DNA of 64,000 nt from positions 3,584,001 through 3,648,000 of the forward strand of contig CBDBZU010000004.1 of assembly GCA_965213625.1 (NCBI GenBank). The letters run 5' to 3'. This DNA comes from a bacterium. GTDB taxonomy: Bacteria; UBA8248. Numbering within the stretch: the first letter of the stretch is position 1; each line of letters begins with the position of its first letter. The position numbers and the translations under genes are program-made. The notes under the pieces are model-generated. The model made no database searches. It saw only the letters and a list, made by a program, of their open reading frames with translations, and had not been told where the DNA came from. Positions 47,491 to 56,453 of this stretch are shown here, piece by piece.

Positions 47491-49650
47491 TTACGCTTCC
47501 AGAAAACAGCGAAGCGCTTCTAGTAGTTTTTCCCTGGAATTCAGTGAGGGACGATAATCCATGTGCCGAAAATGATTCTGCTCCATCTCACTCAGAAGTC
47601 TACGATAAATCCGGCCCATGATTCTCGCGGGTAGAAGGTTCTCTTTTTTCTCGTGATTCAAGGCTTCGTTCGCCCCCTCATAGTAGTCACGCGCCCGATG
47701 CGCCAGATTTCCAAGGAGGCTCAATACTTGGGGGGAATCCGTTTTGTCTCTCAAATCAGAGTCCGTTACGCCATATTTTTCCATTTCGCCTTGAGGAAGA
47801 TAAATTCGCCCTTGTTCCGCATCCTCCCAAACGTCTCTTAAAATGTTCGTCATCTGTAACGCTCTTCCTAAACAAACGGCGTAGTCTTTCGCAAATTCCG
47901 ATTTCGCGCCGAAAATACTCAGGCACGCCAGCCCTACTGCGGATGCCACTTTGTCACAATAATTTTCAAGGTCTGTTAAATTTTCAATTCGCCGTTCTTC
48001 CAAATCCATCCCAACGCCATCACAAATCGCCCGGAGATGCTCCGGTGGCAGGTCGTATTTTCGTGACGCCCACGCAAGTTCCCCAATTATGGGATGAAGT
48101 TGAGACTCCTCGCCTAGCTGCTCCAATGCATTTTTCCATTCGCGCAACGAAGATTTCTTGTCTGATATTTCGCCCGGCTCATCGGCGATGTCGTCAGCCA
48201 TGCGGCAATATGCATAAACCGCCGTGATAGCGCGTCTTTTCTCCGCAGGCAGACTGAAGAAAGACAGATAAAAATTCGACCGGCTCGCGCGAATGAACCA
48301 GCGGCAGTATGCGCGGTTCAACGCATTTTCTGCCTGTCGATCCACATTGGATTCGAGTCGATAGACCGGCCGAAACGCCGCGAACAACGTTTTGGCCTTA
48401 TCCCAACCATTCAAATGCGGAGACCCCGCGCAGACGTCCCAATTCTGACGGGAAATGGAATCCAATGCCGCGATGCCGCCACGCCAAATCGCACGAAGCT
48501 CACGGCCCAGCGCGCCGCGGGTACGGTACAAAAGAGGCAGGCCCTGCCTGAAGAGACGCTTCGTCCTTTTTATTTGGAAGACCAGGAACGCGCGCAATTG
48601 AGGCGTCGCCACGTCTGCGAGTAAATCATCCTCGGAGACGGCGAACCGTTTCATTTCATCCTGCGGCATGTAGACGATGCCGCGTTCGGCATCTTCTTTC
48701 ACGTCTTGTAAATGATTCGCAATCTGCAAGGCCGTACAGATAGCATCTGACGCGTGAAGGGCCTCTTCATCACGAATCCCGTGCAACATGAGAACGATTC
48801 TTCCGACGGGATCCGCCGAGCGGCGACAATAATCGAGCAAGGCTTCATAGTTCGGGTACCGGAGAACGGTGACATCTTGTTTGAATGCCGAAAGCAAATC
48901 CAGAAAAGGCTGTAAGGGCAAATTGAATTGTTGAATCGTGTGAGAAAGAGCTATGAAAACATCAGTTTCCGCGACTCCCATCTGGGCTAATACGAGTTTA
49001 TCTTCCCATTCGTCGAGTCGGGCGATGCGCTCATGGGCGGGTCTTGTCGTATCCGCGATGTCATCGGCGCCTCTGGCAAATGCGTAGACCGCAGCAACAT
49101 GCGGCCTAATTTTCGCCGGCAACAATTTAGAAGCGACGGGAAAATTCTCGTAGTGGCCGACTACGATTTTCATACACGTATCATAGGCGGCGCTTAATTC
49201 TGCCATTGAAACTTTCTTTACCTCTTTGCCTGAATCCCGTGATTCTTCGCCATTCATTAGAGTTTCTATCAATTGTGCATCCGCAGGCAAAAAATCAAAA
49301 TCACCCAATGAGGCAGGATGCACCCACTCATGCCCCGCCACTCCCAAATTCTTAACCACTCCGCTTGCCCACTCACAATCATAAAATCGTAGATGGATTT
49401 CTCTGTCTGGATAGCTGTGGCATGTCTCCCAATGAAGACGGCCAACGCGCACTGCGATGCCTAGTTCCTCGCATATCTCACGTTGTAAGGCTTCCCGATC
49501 GTTCTCCCCTTCCTCTATTTTGCCACCGGGAAACTCCCAGAAACCTGGCATGTGACCGCCCGCAGGACGCTGGCAAATGAGAATGCGCCCTTCGTTCCAG
49601 ACAATTCCAGCGACGACGCTCAGTTCCAAGATCGAAACTTCGTCCTCCAT
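47491..49650 (-). CDS. Nudix (MutT-like) - HpnC - HpnD fusion protein
   Basis: Nudix box GGKIEEGE...ALQREICEELG; HpnC HYENFPVAS..ADDIAD..YCRRSA.PVGR; HpnD SNFY..YAYCR.ADDIAD..LQ.TNILRD..ED. Confidence 0.88.
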   Translation of the reverse strand: MEDEVSILELSVVAGIVWNEGRILICQRPAGGHMPGFWEFPGGKIEEGENDREALQREICEELGIAVRVGRLHWETCHSYPDREIHLRFYDCEWASGVVKNLGVAGHEWVHPASLGDFDFLPADAQLIETLMNGEESRDSGKEVKKVSMAELSAAYDTCMKIVVGHYENFPVASKLLPAKIRPHVAAVYAFARGADDIADTTRPAHERIARLDEWEDKLVLAQMGVAETDVFIALSHTIQQFNLPLQPFLDLLSAFKQDVTVLRYPNYEALLDYCRRSADPVGRIVLMLHGIRDEEALHASDAICTALQIANHLQDVKEDAERGIVYMPQDEMKRFAVSEDDLLADVATPQLRAFLVFQIKRTKRLFRQGLPLLYRTRGALGRELRAIWRGGIAALDSISRQNWDVCAGSPHLNGWDKAKTLFAAFRPVYRLESNVDRQAENALNRAYCRWFIRASRSNFYLSFFSLPAEKRRAITAVYAYCRMADDIADEPGEISDKKSSLREWKNALEQLGEESQLHPIIGELAWASRKYDLPPEHLRAICDGVGMDLEERRIENLTDLENYCDKVASAVGLACLSIFGAKSEFAKDYAVCLGRALQMTNILRDVWEDAEQGRIYLPQGEMEKYGVTDSDLRDKTDSPQVLSLLGNLAHRARDYYEGANEALNHEKKENLLPARIMGRIYRRLLSEMEQNHFRHMDYRPSLNSREKLLEALRCFLEA

Positions 49651-49665
49651 CTCTTCTCCAAGTGT

Positions 49666-50463
49666 TCAACCCTGTGCAGCTTCAGGTTCCGTATGTCCAG
49701 GTAATCGTCTCAGGACACTTGAAAACACAATGGGTTCCGCAAGGGGCAACGCATCGGCCAGTTCTTTTTCATCCGCAAAAAACTCGCCCGGCAGGACCAA
49801 CCCCGGCATTCGCAGTCTGATCGAATCCTCTGAAAACGGCCACGGGAATATTTCCAGATCATCCATGTTGGCTGTCTTCACTTGCAAACCGCTTTGCGTC
49901 AAGGGATGGACGGCGTCATCGGGCGGGGTGATTTCCGGCGCCCGGCACGCCAACAGGGATAACGTATCGCAAACCCTGAGCAAAGACACTGAATTTTCAA
50001 TCGCATCTTTATGCTCCGGTTCAATGAGGACGTCCAGCTTTTTCTGCCGCTTCGATTCAGCGTGAATGAAGTCGTTCAACACCCTGGAAACTTCAAGTGG
50101 GGCACCCCTTCTCCCCCCTTCGGCGAGCGAAGAGAAGTGAATACTGACAAGACAACCCGTAAATGGATGAAAAGATGCGCAGGAATCAATTCCCTCCGAC
50201 CATATCTCCACCGCCTTGTCCGCTGTTATGCCGAAAAAACTATACGGCAGTTTCGTCAGCGCATCCCACCTCGGTGTGGCGTCCGGTCGGCACCACCCGA
50301 CGTCATGGTTATCGACGGCGAACAAAACTTTCTCTCTGAGCTCATACGGCGGTGAGGGAAGCGATTCTATCCCTATCCAATTTCGCGCAATCGTGCCCGC
50401 GGCCCGGGCGTGGTCATGTTGACTGATAAGGCGAACATGGTTATCTCGCGGACAAACTATCAT
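49666..50463 (-). CDS. DUF3891 family protein
   Basis: MIV...LISQHDHA..G..A..W, HDVGW, P.SF, D.LSL..C. Confidence 0.8.
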   Translation of the reverse strand: MIVCPRDNHVRLISQHDHARAAGTIARNWIGIESLPSPPYELREKVLFAVDNHDVGWCRPDATPRWDALTKLPYSFFGITADKAVEIWSEGIDSCASFHPFTGCLVSIHFSSLAEGGRRGAPLEVSRVLNDFIHAESKRQKKLDVLIEPEHKDAIENSVSLLRVCDTLSLLACRAPEITPPDDAVHPLTQSGLQVKTANMDDLEIFPWPFSEDSIRLRMPGLVLPGEFFADEKELADALPLAEPIVFSSVLRRLPGHTEPEAAQG

Positions 50464-50694
50464 TTGAAACACCAAAAAATGGCGGAGTATACAGTCCCAA
50501 TCCGTTGAATCTCCAAGTCCATGACCTGGAGGTATTTTATTTCGCCGATGAAAAATGTAACAACCGTCATTGCAGCAAACAAGAGAAAAACAAGTAAATT
50601 CAACATCCACTTGAACAAACGTGTGCAAAACACATAATTTTGCTACAAGTCAGTATATATTCTTGTCTTGGAAATAAGGAAATCGCGCCAAATC

Positions 50695-52131
50695 ATGAAT
50701 CAAAAAAATTCCCCGCAAGAACCTGGTTCTGTCGGCCTCACGAAAACGCGGACGATCGCCCTCCCCGAGCCGTTTCGGACCGATTCCGATGAAACATTAC
50801 CCCAAGTCCATGTTGCCTATGAAACATATGGTAAACTCTCTCCCGGCGCCGATAACGCCGTTTTGGTCATCCACGCGCTCACGGGCGACGCGCACGCAGC
50901 CGGCTACCATAGCCCCGACGACCCGCGCCCGGGCTGGTGGGACCCGATGATAGGCCCGGGCAAAGCCATCGATACACGAAAATATTTTGTCGTCTCCTCG
51001 AACAACCTAGGGGGATGTTCTGGCACCACGGGGCCCGCTTCGATCAATTCCGCTACGGGCAGAGCCTACAACACCGCTTTTCCCGTCACCACGGTGGAAG
51101 ATACCGTTCGCGTCCAAAAAATGCTTCTCGACCATCTGGGCGTGAAACGCCTCAAAACGGTCATAGGCGGCTCGCTCGCCGGGATGCAAACCCTCGAATG
51201 GGGCCTGCGCTACAGCGATTTTTGCGATTCCGTCATACCGGTCGCCGGAGCCGCGCGCCTGGACCCGATGGGAATCGCATGGGACAAAATCGCTCGCAGG
51301 GCCATCACTGCCGACGGCGACTGGAAAGACGGCAACTACGCCGCTGGAGAAGGACCACGCAAAGGTCTAAGCGCGGCGCGCATGCTGGCCCACATCACCT
51401 ACCTGAGCCGAGGGATCATGTGGGAGAAATTCGGCCGCGAGATCAGGGACAAGGGAAAAATGCTGGACGACATCACCTCGCGCTTCGAGGTGGAGAGCTA
51501 TCTCGATCACCAGGGAGACAAATTCGTCGATCGTTTCGACGCCAATTCGTATCTGTACATATCCCGGATGATGGACTTGTACGACGCCTCTATGGGTTAT
51601 GAGAGTCTCGAAGCGTCACTGTCCCGGTTGAAAACAAAATGCCTGCTCGTCTGCTTCATATCCGATTGGCTCTTCCCGCCGGAAAGAAGTATGGAGATCG
51701 CCCAAATTCTCCAAATACTCGACCATGAGGTGGAATTGCACACGGTGGAGTCCACCTACGGGCACGATGCTTTTCTGGTCCAATACGACAAGCTCACCGA
51801 AATCGTGGGTGGTTTTCTCAGAAGACTTGATGCCGGGGGACCAATCGGCATCAACGCGGCACCCATACCCCGAGGCTGCAAGCGGCTTGTCCTCTCTTAT
51901 CCAGGTCATCTCGTGCAGAAACCCATTTTGTGGGAACTCGGCCGAAAATACTCGTTTTCCATCAACATCATGAGGAGTGAGCTGGATGCCCAATCGGGGT
52001 GGCAGGTTTGTGAATTCGATGGAAACGAGGAGGAAATCACACAAGCAGTCACTGAACTCCGCAATATGGGAGTGTGGGTAGACCCCGGAGGGCATGACGC
52101 CATCGACCACGACCGCGCCGAAGTGGTATAA
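50695..52131 (+). CDS. metX: Homoserine O-acyltransferase with C-terminal NIL domain
   Basis: HALTGD, GWW..GPG, GGSLAGMQ, RFDANSY, D.LFPP, GHDAFL; extra C-terminal ACT-like NIL region. Confidence 0.9.
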   Translation: MNQKNSPQEPGSVGLTKTRTIALPEPFRTDSDETLPQVHVAYETYGKLSPGADNAVLVIHALTGDAHAAGYHSPDDPRPGWWDPMIGPGKAIDTRKYFVVSSNNLGGCSGTTGPASINSATGRAYNTAFPVTTVEDTVRVQKMLLDHLGVKRLKTVIGGSLAGMQTLEWGLRYSDFCDSVIPVAGAARLDPMGIAWDKIARRAITADGDWKDGNYAAGEGPRKGLSAARMLAHITYLSRGIMWEKFGREIRDKGKMLDDITSRFEVESYLDHQGDKFVDRFDANSYLYISRMMDLYDASMGYESLEASLSRLKTKCLLVCFISDWLFPPERSMEIAQILQILDHEVELHTVESTYGHDAFLVQYDKLTEIVGGFLRRLDAGGPIGINAAPIPRGCKRLVLSYPGHLVQKPILWELGRKYSFSINIMRSELDAQSGWQVCEFDGNEEEITQAVTELRNMGVWVDPGGHDAIDHDRAEVV

Positions 52132-52207
52132 ACCGGAAAATTGCTGCCTGGATAAAAGTTCACCGATATTCTTCAGAAATTCGTTAGAAACCAGACGGAG
52201 GCACGCC

Positions 52208-52840
52208 ATGAGCAAGTTGAAAGAACCAATCGTTGTGGTGAAATACTCGGACTACACATGACCGTTTTGCTATGTCGCCACCGTTGGTGGCACGCCCGTG
52301 ATTGAAGAAGACCCCGATGTCGTCGTCGAGTGGGTCAGTTGGGAGGGGAGACCACCCGGCCAGGAGTTCGCCGGTTACTCGCCCGAGCAGAAAAAAGAAA
52401 GTTACGAAAATAACCACAAACCTCTCGCAGAGAAATACAACGTGCCCATCCGTGTGGCGGGGGGCGACTACCGCACCACCAACCTGCACATGGCCACCTA
52501 TTACGCCCGCGATAAGGGAAAGTTCAAGGAATTCCGGAATCGCTGCTACAAGGCCCGCTGGGAGGACGACCTGAATCTCGAAGATTTGGACGTCATCGCC
52601 GGGCTCGCCGAAGACGTCGGCTTGGACGGCGAGGAAATCAAGGCCGTCATCTCCGAGGGACGCTACATCGGCGCACTCCACAGCCAGCGCGCCCAGGGAA
52701 AAGGCCTGGGTATTTTCGGAATCCCCACGTTCGTGGTTGAAGGAAAGCTCTTCTGGGGCAAAGACGTCATCGACGACGTCAAGGCGGAGGTCGCGCGCGT
52801 GAAGCAAGAACGGATCGAGAAGGAGAAACAGGAGAACTAG
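52208..52840 (+). CDS. DsbA/FrnE-family selenoprotein (UxxC, Sec18)
   Basis: GGAGG RBS; KYSDYT-U-PFCY in frame with the 180-aa ORF; GIFGIPTF..WG.D; TGA at 52259-52261. Confidence 0.9.
52277..52291 (+). promoter_or_regulatory. SECIS-like hairpin
   Basis: GCCACC-GTT-GGTGGC starting 16 nt after the TGA. Confidence 0.65.
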
Positions 52841-53084
52841 CCTACACCTCACCCGTATGAATCAGGCGCCCGCTCCCGCGGGGTCGCCGAACCGCCCCGT
52901 TTCGGGGCCGGGCGATCCGGGCGGGCGGGTTCGCCGCGCGGGGAAACGCGGGCAATTGCGAGGCTGCGAAAAAACTTTTTAATTCGATAAATTTCTATAA
53001 ATCACTCATTATCTACTTTATATTATACCGGTTACCATTTGAATAAATATGAAATATAATTTTTCGTTCTGTCCGATAAATTCC

Positions 53085-53126
53085 CAGGAATTTATCGAAA
53101 AACCCCGTGAATTTATCTAATTTTAT
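53085..53126. repeat. Inverted copy of the 42-nt AT-rich repeat at 23880..23921
   Basis: Reverse complement ATAAAATTAGATAAATTCACGGGGTTTTTCGATAAATTCCTG. Confidence 0.85.
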
Positions 53127-53469
53127 TGGAAATTGGATTATTTTTATTTCTCCGCCTGCTCCCGCGTCCATGAGCGCCACGGCCCAGACCGGGTGAAGAA
53201 CGCCGGGAGACGCCTCTGCCTTCACCCGAAACAGGGCCTTGGCGAACGGCATCACGCGGTGAAGAACGCGGACAGACGCCCTTAACCTCTCTCGAATACC
53301 CGATTCCATGAGAAAACCTCCTCTCGTCTCCGTCTCGATCCGCTAGCGGGGGAGCTCTCCCCCGCGCGGCGCGCACGATACACCGCTTCGGGGTTCGGGG
53401 GAGGACGGCAAATGCGCCCAAATGCGCGGACGCCCGGCCTCCTCGCCGAACCTCCCGCCCCCCCTTGTC

Positions 53470-53779
53470 AAGGTTGTTGAAAAAGCCCCGTCTGCGACCC
53501 CCGCAAACCACCAACACCTCTTTCCTCTACCTGAGTAGCGGCTACTCAGGATGAGGAGGAGGTTTCGCGCGGGTCGCCGATGAACGAATCGGTAGTAGGG
53601 ACAGGCCCCCGTACCTGTCAGCTACGGACGTGCGTAGTTATCCTTCGTCATTCCGGCCTTGAGCCGGAATGACGAGCAAAACCCCAAGCCGAGAAATGGC
53701 TCCCTCACCGCTGGCCCTCTCTCGACTCGAAAGGCAACCCCCCCTATCCCCTGACAAGGAGGCCTTATTCAACAGCCCC
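53470..53779. mobile_element. Non-autonomous element with IS1182-like ends and 5-bp target duplication
   Basis: Ends AAGGTTGTTGAAAAAGCCC / GGCCTTATTCAACAGCCCC flanked by TTGTC on both sides; several REP-like modules inside. Confidence 0.8.
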
Positions 53780-53898
53780 TTGTCGAAGCGCTTTCAGCGG
53801 TCCCCTGCGGCGGGGTGTTTTTCGTTCGTCTTTTTGCCCTTTCATCCCGGATTCGATAAGCTGGAAGTTCTCTATCCACCATTTGAGGAGAGAATCCG

Positions 53899-55491
53899 AT
53901 GGCGCAATTCGATGGTGTTGTGATCGGTGCGGGACATAATGGCCTGGTATGCGCGGCGTATCTCGCTCGGGCCGGGCTCAAAGTCGCCGTTCTGGATTGC
54001 GAGCCCGAAATCGGCGGCGGATCGAGCACCAAGGAATTCCTGCTGCCCGGCTACCAATCCAATATGCACGCGAATTTCTTCATCGGTCTCGATGATTTTC
54101 CAATCGTCAAAGACTTGGAATTGGACAAATACGGGTTCAACTGGCTCACGCCGGACGTGCAGCACGCCTCGCTGTATCGCGACGGCACGGCCATTCTGCT
54201 GCACCGGGACGCCGAGAAAAGCGCGGCATCCATTTCGAAATTTTCCAAGAAAGACGCCGAATCATACGTCTATCTCCACCGGCGATTCGCCGTGGAACTC
54301 GCCCCGCTCCTGCGCAGTTTTTTGTTTCATCCGCCCTTGCCTCCAGACGAAATCGTCTCCCGGATGGATAGCGATGCGGGACGGGAGATTTTGAGCTTTG
54401 CGAAGATGTCAATTTTCGAGGCTATCGAAACACATTTCGAGCATCCCAAAATGCGGGCCTTGTTCTTCTTATTCTCTCACGCCATCACTGTGGAGAACGC
54501 TCCAGGCACGGGCATTTTCCTCCCGAGTCTGTTTTCCACCCACACGACGCTCGGTCTTCCGGTGGGAGGCGCGATGCAACTGCCTCTGGCGCTCGAGCGC
54601 ATCGTCATCCAGAACGGAGGCGTTGTCTTGAGAAACAGTCATGTGCGCGAGGTGATACGGGAAAACGGACGCGCAACGGGCGTCATGCTCGAAGGCGGGG
54701 AGAAGATGATGGCGACTCAATTTGTCGCCTCAAGCCTCAATGCGCCGGCATCCATTAAGATGGCCGGAGAAGACGCCTTCCCCGATGAGGTGAACGAAAA
54801 GGTGCGAAACTGGGATTGGGGTTTCCACTCTCTGAGTACGTTGCATCTCGCTCTGGCCGAAATCCCGCGGTATACCGCTGAGAGCTTCGACCCCGACGTA
54901 GGCAGGGCCTACAACATCATCTTCGGCGCGGACTCCGGCGAGGAGATGGCCGAAAATACCGAAGAACGCAAAAACGGCTTAATTCCCTCACGCCCTATGG
55001 GCAACGGCTCATGCAACAGCCAGCACGACCCCTCCTATGCGCCTCAAGGCGGCCACGTGGCGTTCTGGTGGCCGGGCGCGCCCTATGAACTCAAAGACGG
55101 CGGCCCCCGGAAGTGGGATGAAATAAAAGAGGAATACACCGAACGCCTCGTAGACGTGTGGCGCGGCTACGCCCCGAATCTCACGCCGGACAACGTACGT
55201 GCGGCGAAACTCTACACACCGCTCGATGTGGAGCGCGGAAACAAGAACATGGTCCGGGGCGGCGTTCGCATGGGGGCGTATATTCCCGAACAGTTGGGGA
55301 TCAACAGGCCCCACCCGCTGCTCTCCGGAATGCGGACGCCGCTGGAAGGGTTCTATCTGTGCAGTTCGAGTTGCCAGGGGGGTGGTTTGAACGGGGCGCC
55401 CGGCTACAACGCCGCCGGCGTCATCGCGGAAGATCTCGGTGTGGCGAAATGGTGGGAGCCGCTTCCTGCGCCCGCGGCGCCCGCAGGCTAA
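53899..55491 (+). CDS. Phytoene dehydrogenase-like FAD-dependent oxidoreductase
   Basis: GAGHNGLV.AAYLARAG, TP.D.E, RTP..G.YLC....GG...GAPGYNAA. Confidence 0.88.
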   Translation: MAQFDGVVIGAGHNGLVCAAYLARAGLKVAVLDCEPEIGGGSSTKEFLLPGYQSNMHANFFIGLDDFPIVKDLELDKYGFNWLTPDVQHASLYRDGTAILLHRDAEKSAASISKFSKKDAESYVYLHRRFAVELAPLLRSFLFHPPLPPDEIVSRMDSDAGREILSFAKMSIFEAIETHFEHPKMRALFFLFSHAITVENAPGTGIFLPSLFSTHTTLGLPVGGAMQLPLALERIVIQNGGVVLRNSHVREVIRENGRATGVMLEGGEKMMATQFVASSLNAPASIKMAGEDAFPDEVNEKVRNWDWGFHSLSTLHLALAEIPRYTAESFDPDVGRAYNIIFGADSGEEMAENTEERKNGLIPSRPMGNGSCNSQHDPSYAPQGGHVAFWWPGAPYELKDGGPRKWDEIKEEYTERLVDVWRGYAPNLTPDNVRAAKLYTPLDVERGNKNMVRGGVRMGAYIPEQLGINRPHPLLSGMRTPLEGFYLCSSSCQGGGLNGAPGYNAAGVIAEDLGVAKWWEPLPAPAAPAG

Positions 55492-55889
55492 GTCTCCGCT
55501 CCGGGGATCATCACCACTGCTTCGATTTCGACGATGTCTTCCTGATTCAACCGGCTCACTTCCACAATGGTGCGCGTGGGTAGGTTCGGCCCGAAGTATT
55601 CCTCATACAGCCGGTTGATGGTCGGGCGGTGAGCATCCATATCCCTCACATAAACGACGGTGGAAACAAAAGTGGCGAGCGACCCGCCCCCCGCCTCCGC
55701 AATGGCTTTTAAGTTCTCGAAAGTTCTCCTGGCGCGCGCCTCTATGGTTCTCTCGACGAGTTCTCCTGATTCGGGGTCGATGCCGCGCTGGCCTGCGATG
55801 AACAACAGATTCCCCACGCGGCGCGCCTGAACGAAGGGCCCTGTGGGTGAAGGGGCCTGGCTTGTCTGAATGGTTTGAGGCGACTCCAA
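55488..55889 (-). CDS. RidA/YjgF family protein
   Basis: AP.P.GPF.QA, IAGQ..DP, N..Y..YF...P.RT, VEIEA; TTG start inferred. Confidence 0.9.
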   Translation of the reverse strand: MESPQTIQTSQAPSPTGPFVQARRVGNLLFIAGQRGIDPESGELVERTIEARARRTFENLKAIAEAGGGSLATFVSTVVYVRDMDAHRPTINRLYEEYFGPNLPTRTIVEVSRLNQEDIVEIEAVVMIPGAET

Positions 55890-55954
55890 AGCGTCCCCCC
55901 GGTTGGCAAGCAGGGAAAAAGCTGCCCGATTGGCATTCCTGCCGTTCGTCGTCG

Positions 55955-56179
55955 CTATTTTTTCTTGCCTTTTGGCAATTCCGCCGGAAAAGCGATTTTG
56001 AGCCATTGCTGCGTCAGAATGGTCGCGGCGTTCTCATCTTTTCCAGGAATAAACGCGATGGGTTCTTTGGGCTGAGCGCCATCCTGCTCGAGCATATAAA
56101 CATCGACGCCAAACCCATACAGATCATGTTCTCGGGTTTCGAGGTTGTATTTCACCCCATTGTTCGTCAATTGATTCAT
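55955..56179 (-). CDS. Hypothetical small protein
   Basis: AAAGGA RBS, 74 aa, protein-like composition, same strand as the downstream ridA. Confidence 0.6.
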   Translation of the reverse strand: MNQLTNNGVKYNLETREHDLYGFGVDVYMLEQDGAQPKEPIAFIPGKDENAATILTQQWLKIAFPAELPKGKKK

Positions 56180-56338
56180 CTGGGACTATCCTTTCAAGTT
56201 CGCTGGCGAAATATCGACGATGAGGGTTTCTACTGCCGTTATAATAGCCGATGGCTGGAACCCGCGTAAAGTTTGGAGGCCGTCTCAAACACATCTGTTC
56301 TTGACCCTGTTTGGGGCCTATGATAAACGCAAAACCCT

Positions 56339-56413
56339 GGGCCGTTAGCTCAGTGGCAGAGCGCTGCCTTCACACGGCAGAAGTCACTGGTTCAAATCCA
56401 GTACGGCCCACCA
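56339..56413 (+). tRNA. tRNA-Val (anticodon CAC)
   Basis: GGGCCGT/ACGGCCC acceptor stem, CTGCC-TTCACAC-GGCAG anticodon arm, GTTCAAATC T-loop, CCA end. Confidence 0.97.
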
Positions 56414-56453
56414 TTTTTTATTTCGTACAGCAATCAACGGAAACCGACTGTTC

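Noticed and set aside
50470-50690. SAM or other riboswitch upstream of metX
   Set aside because: Region is AT-rich with no recognisable aptamer core or terminator hairpin
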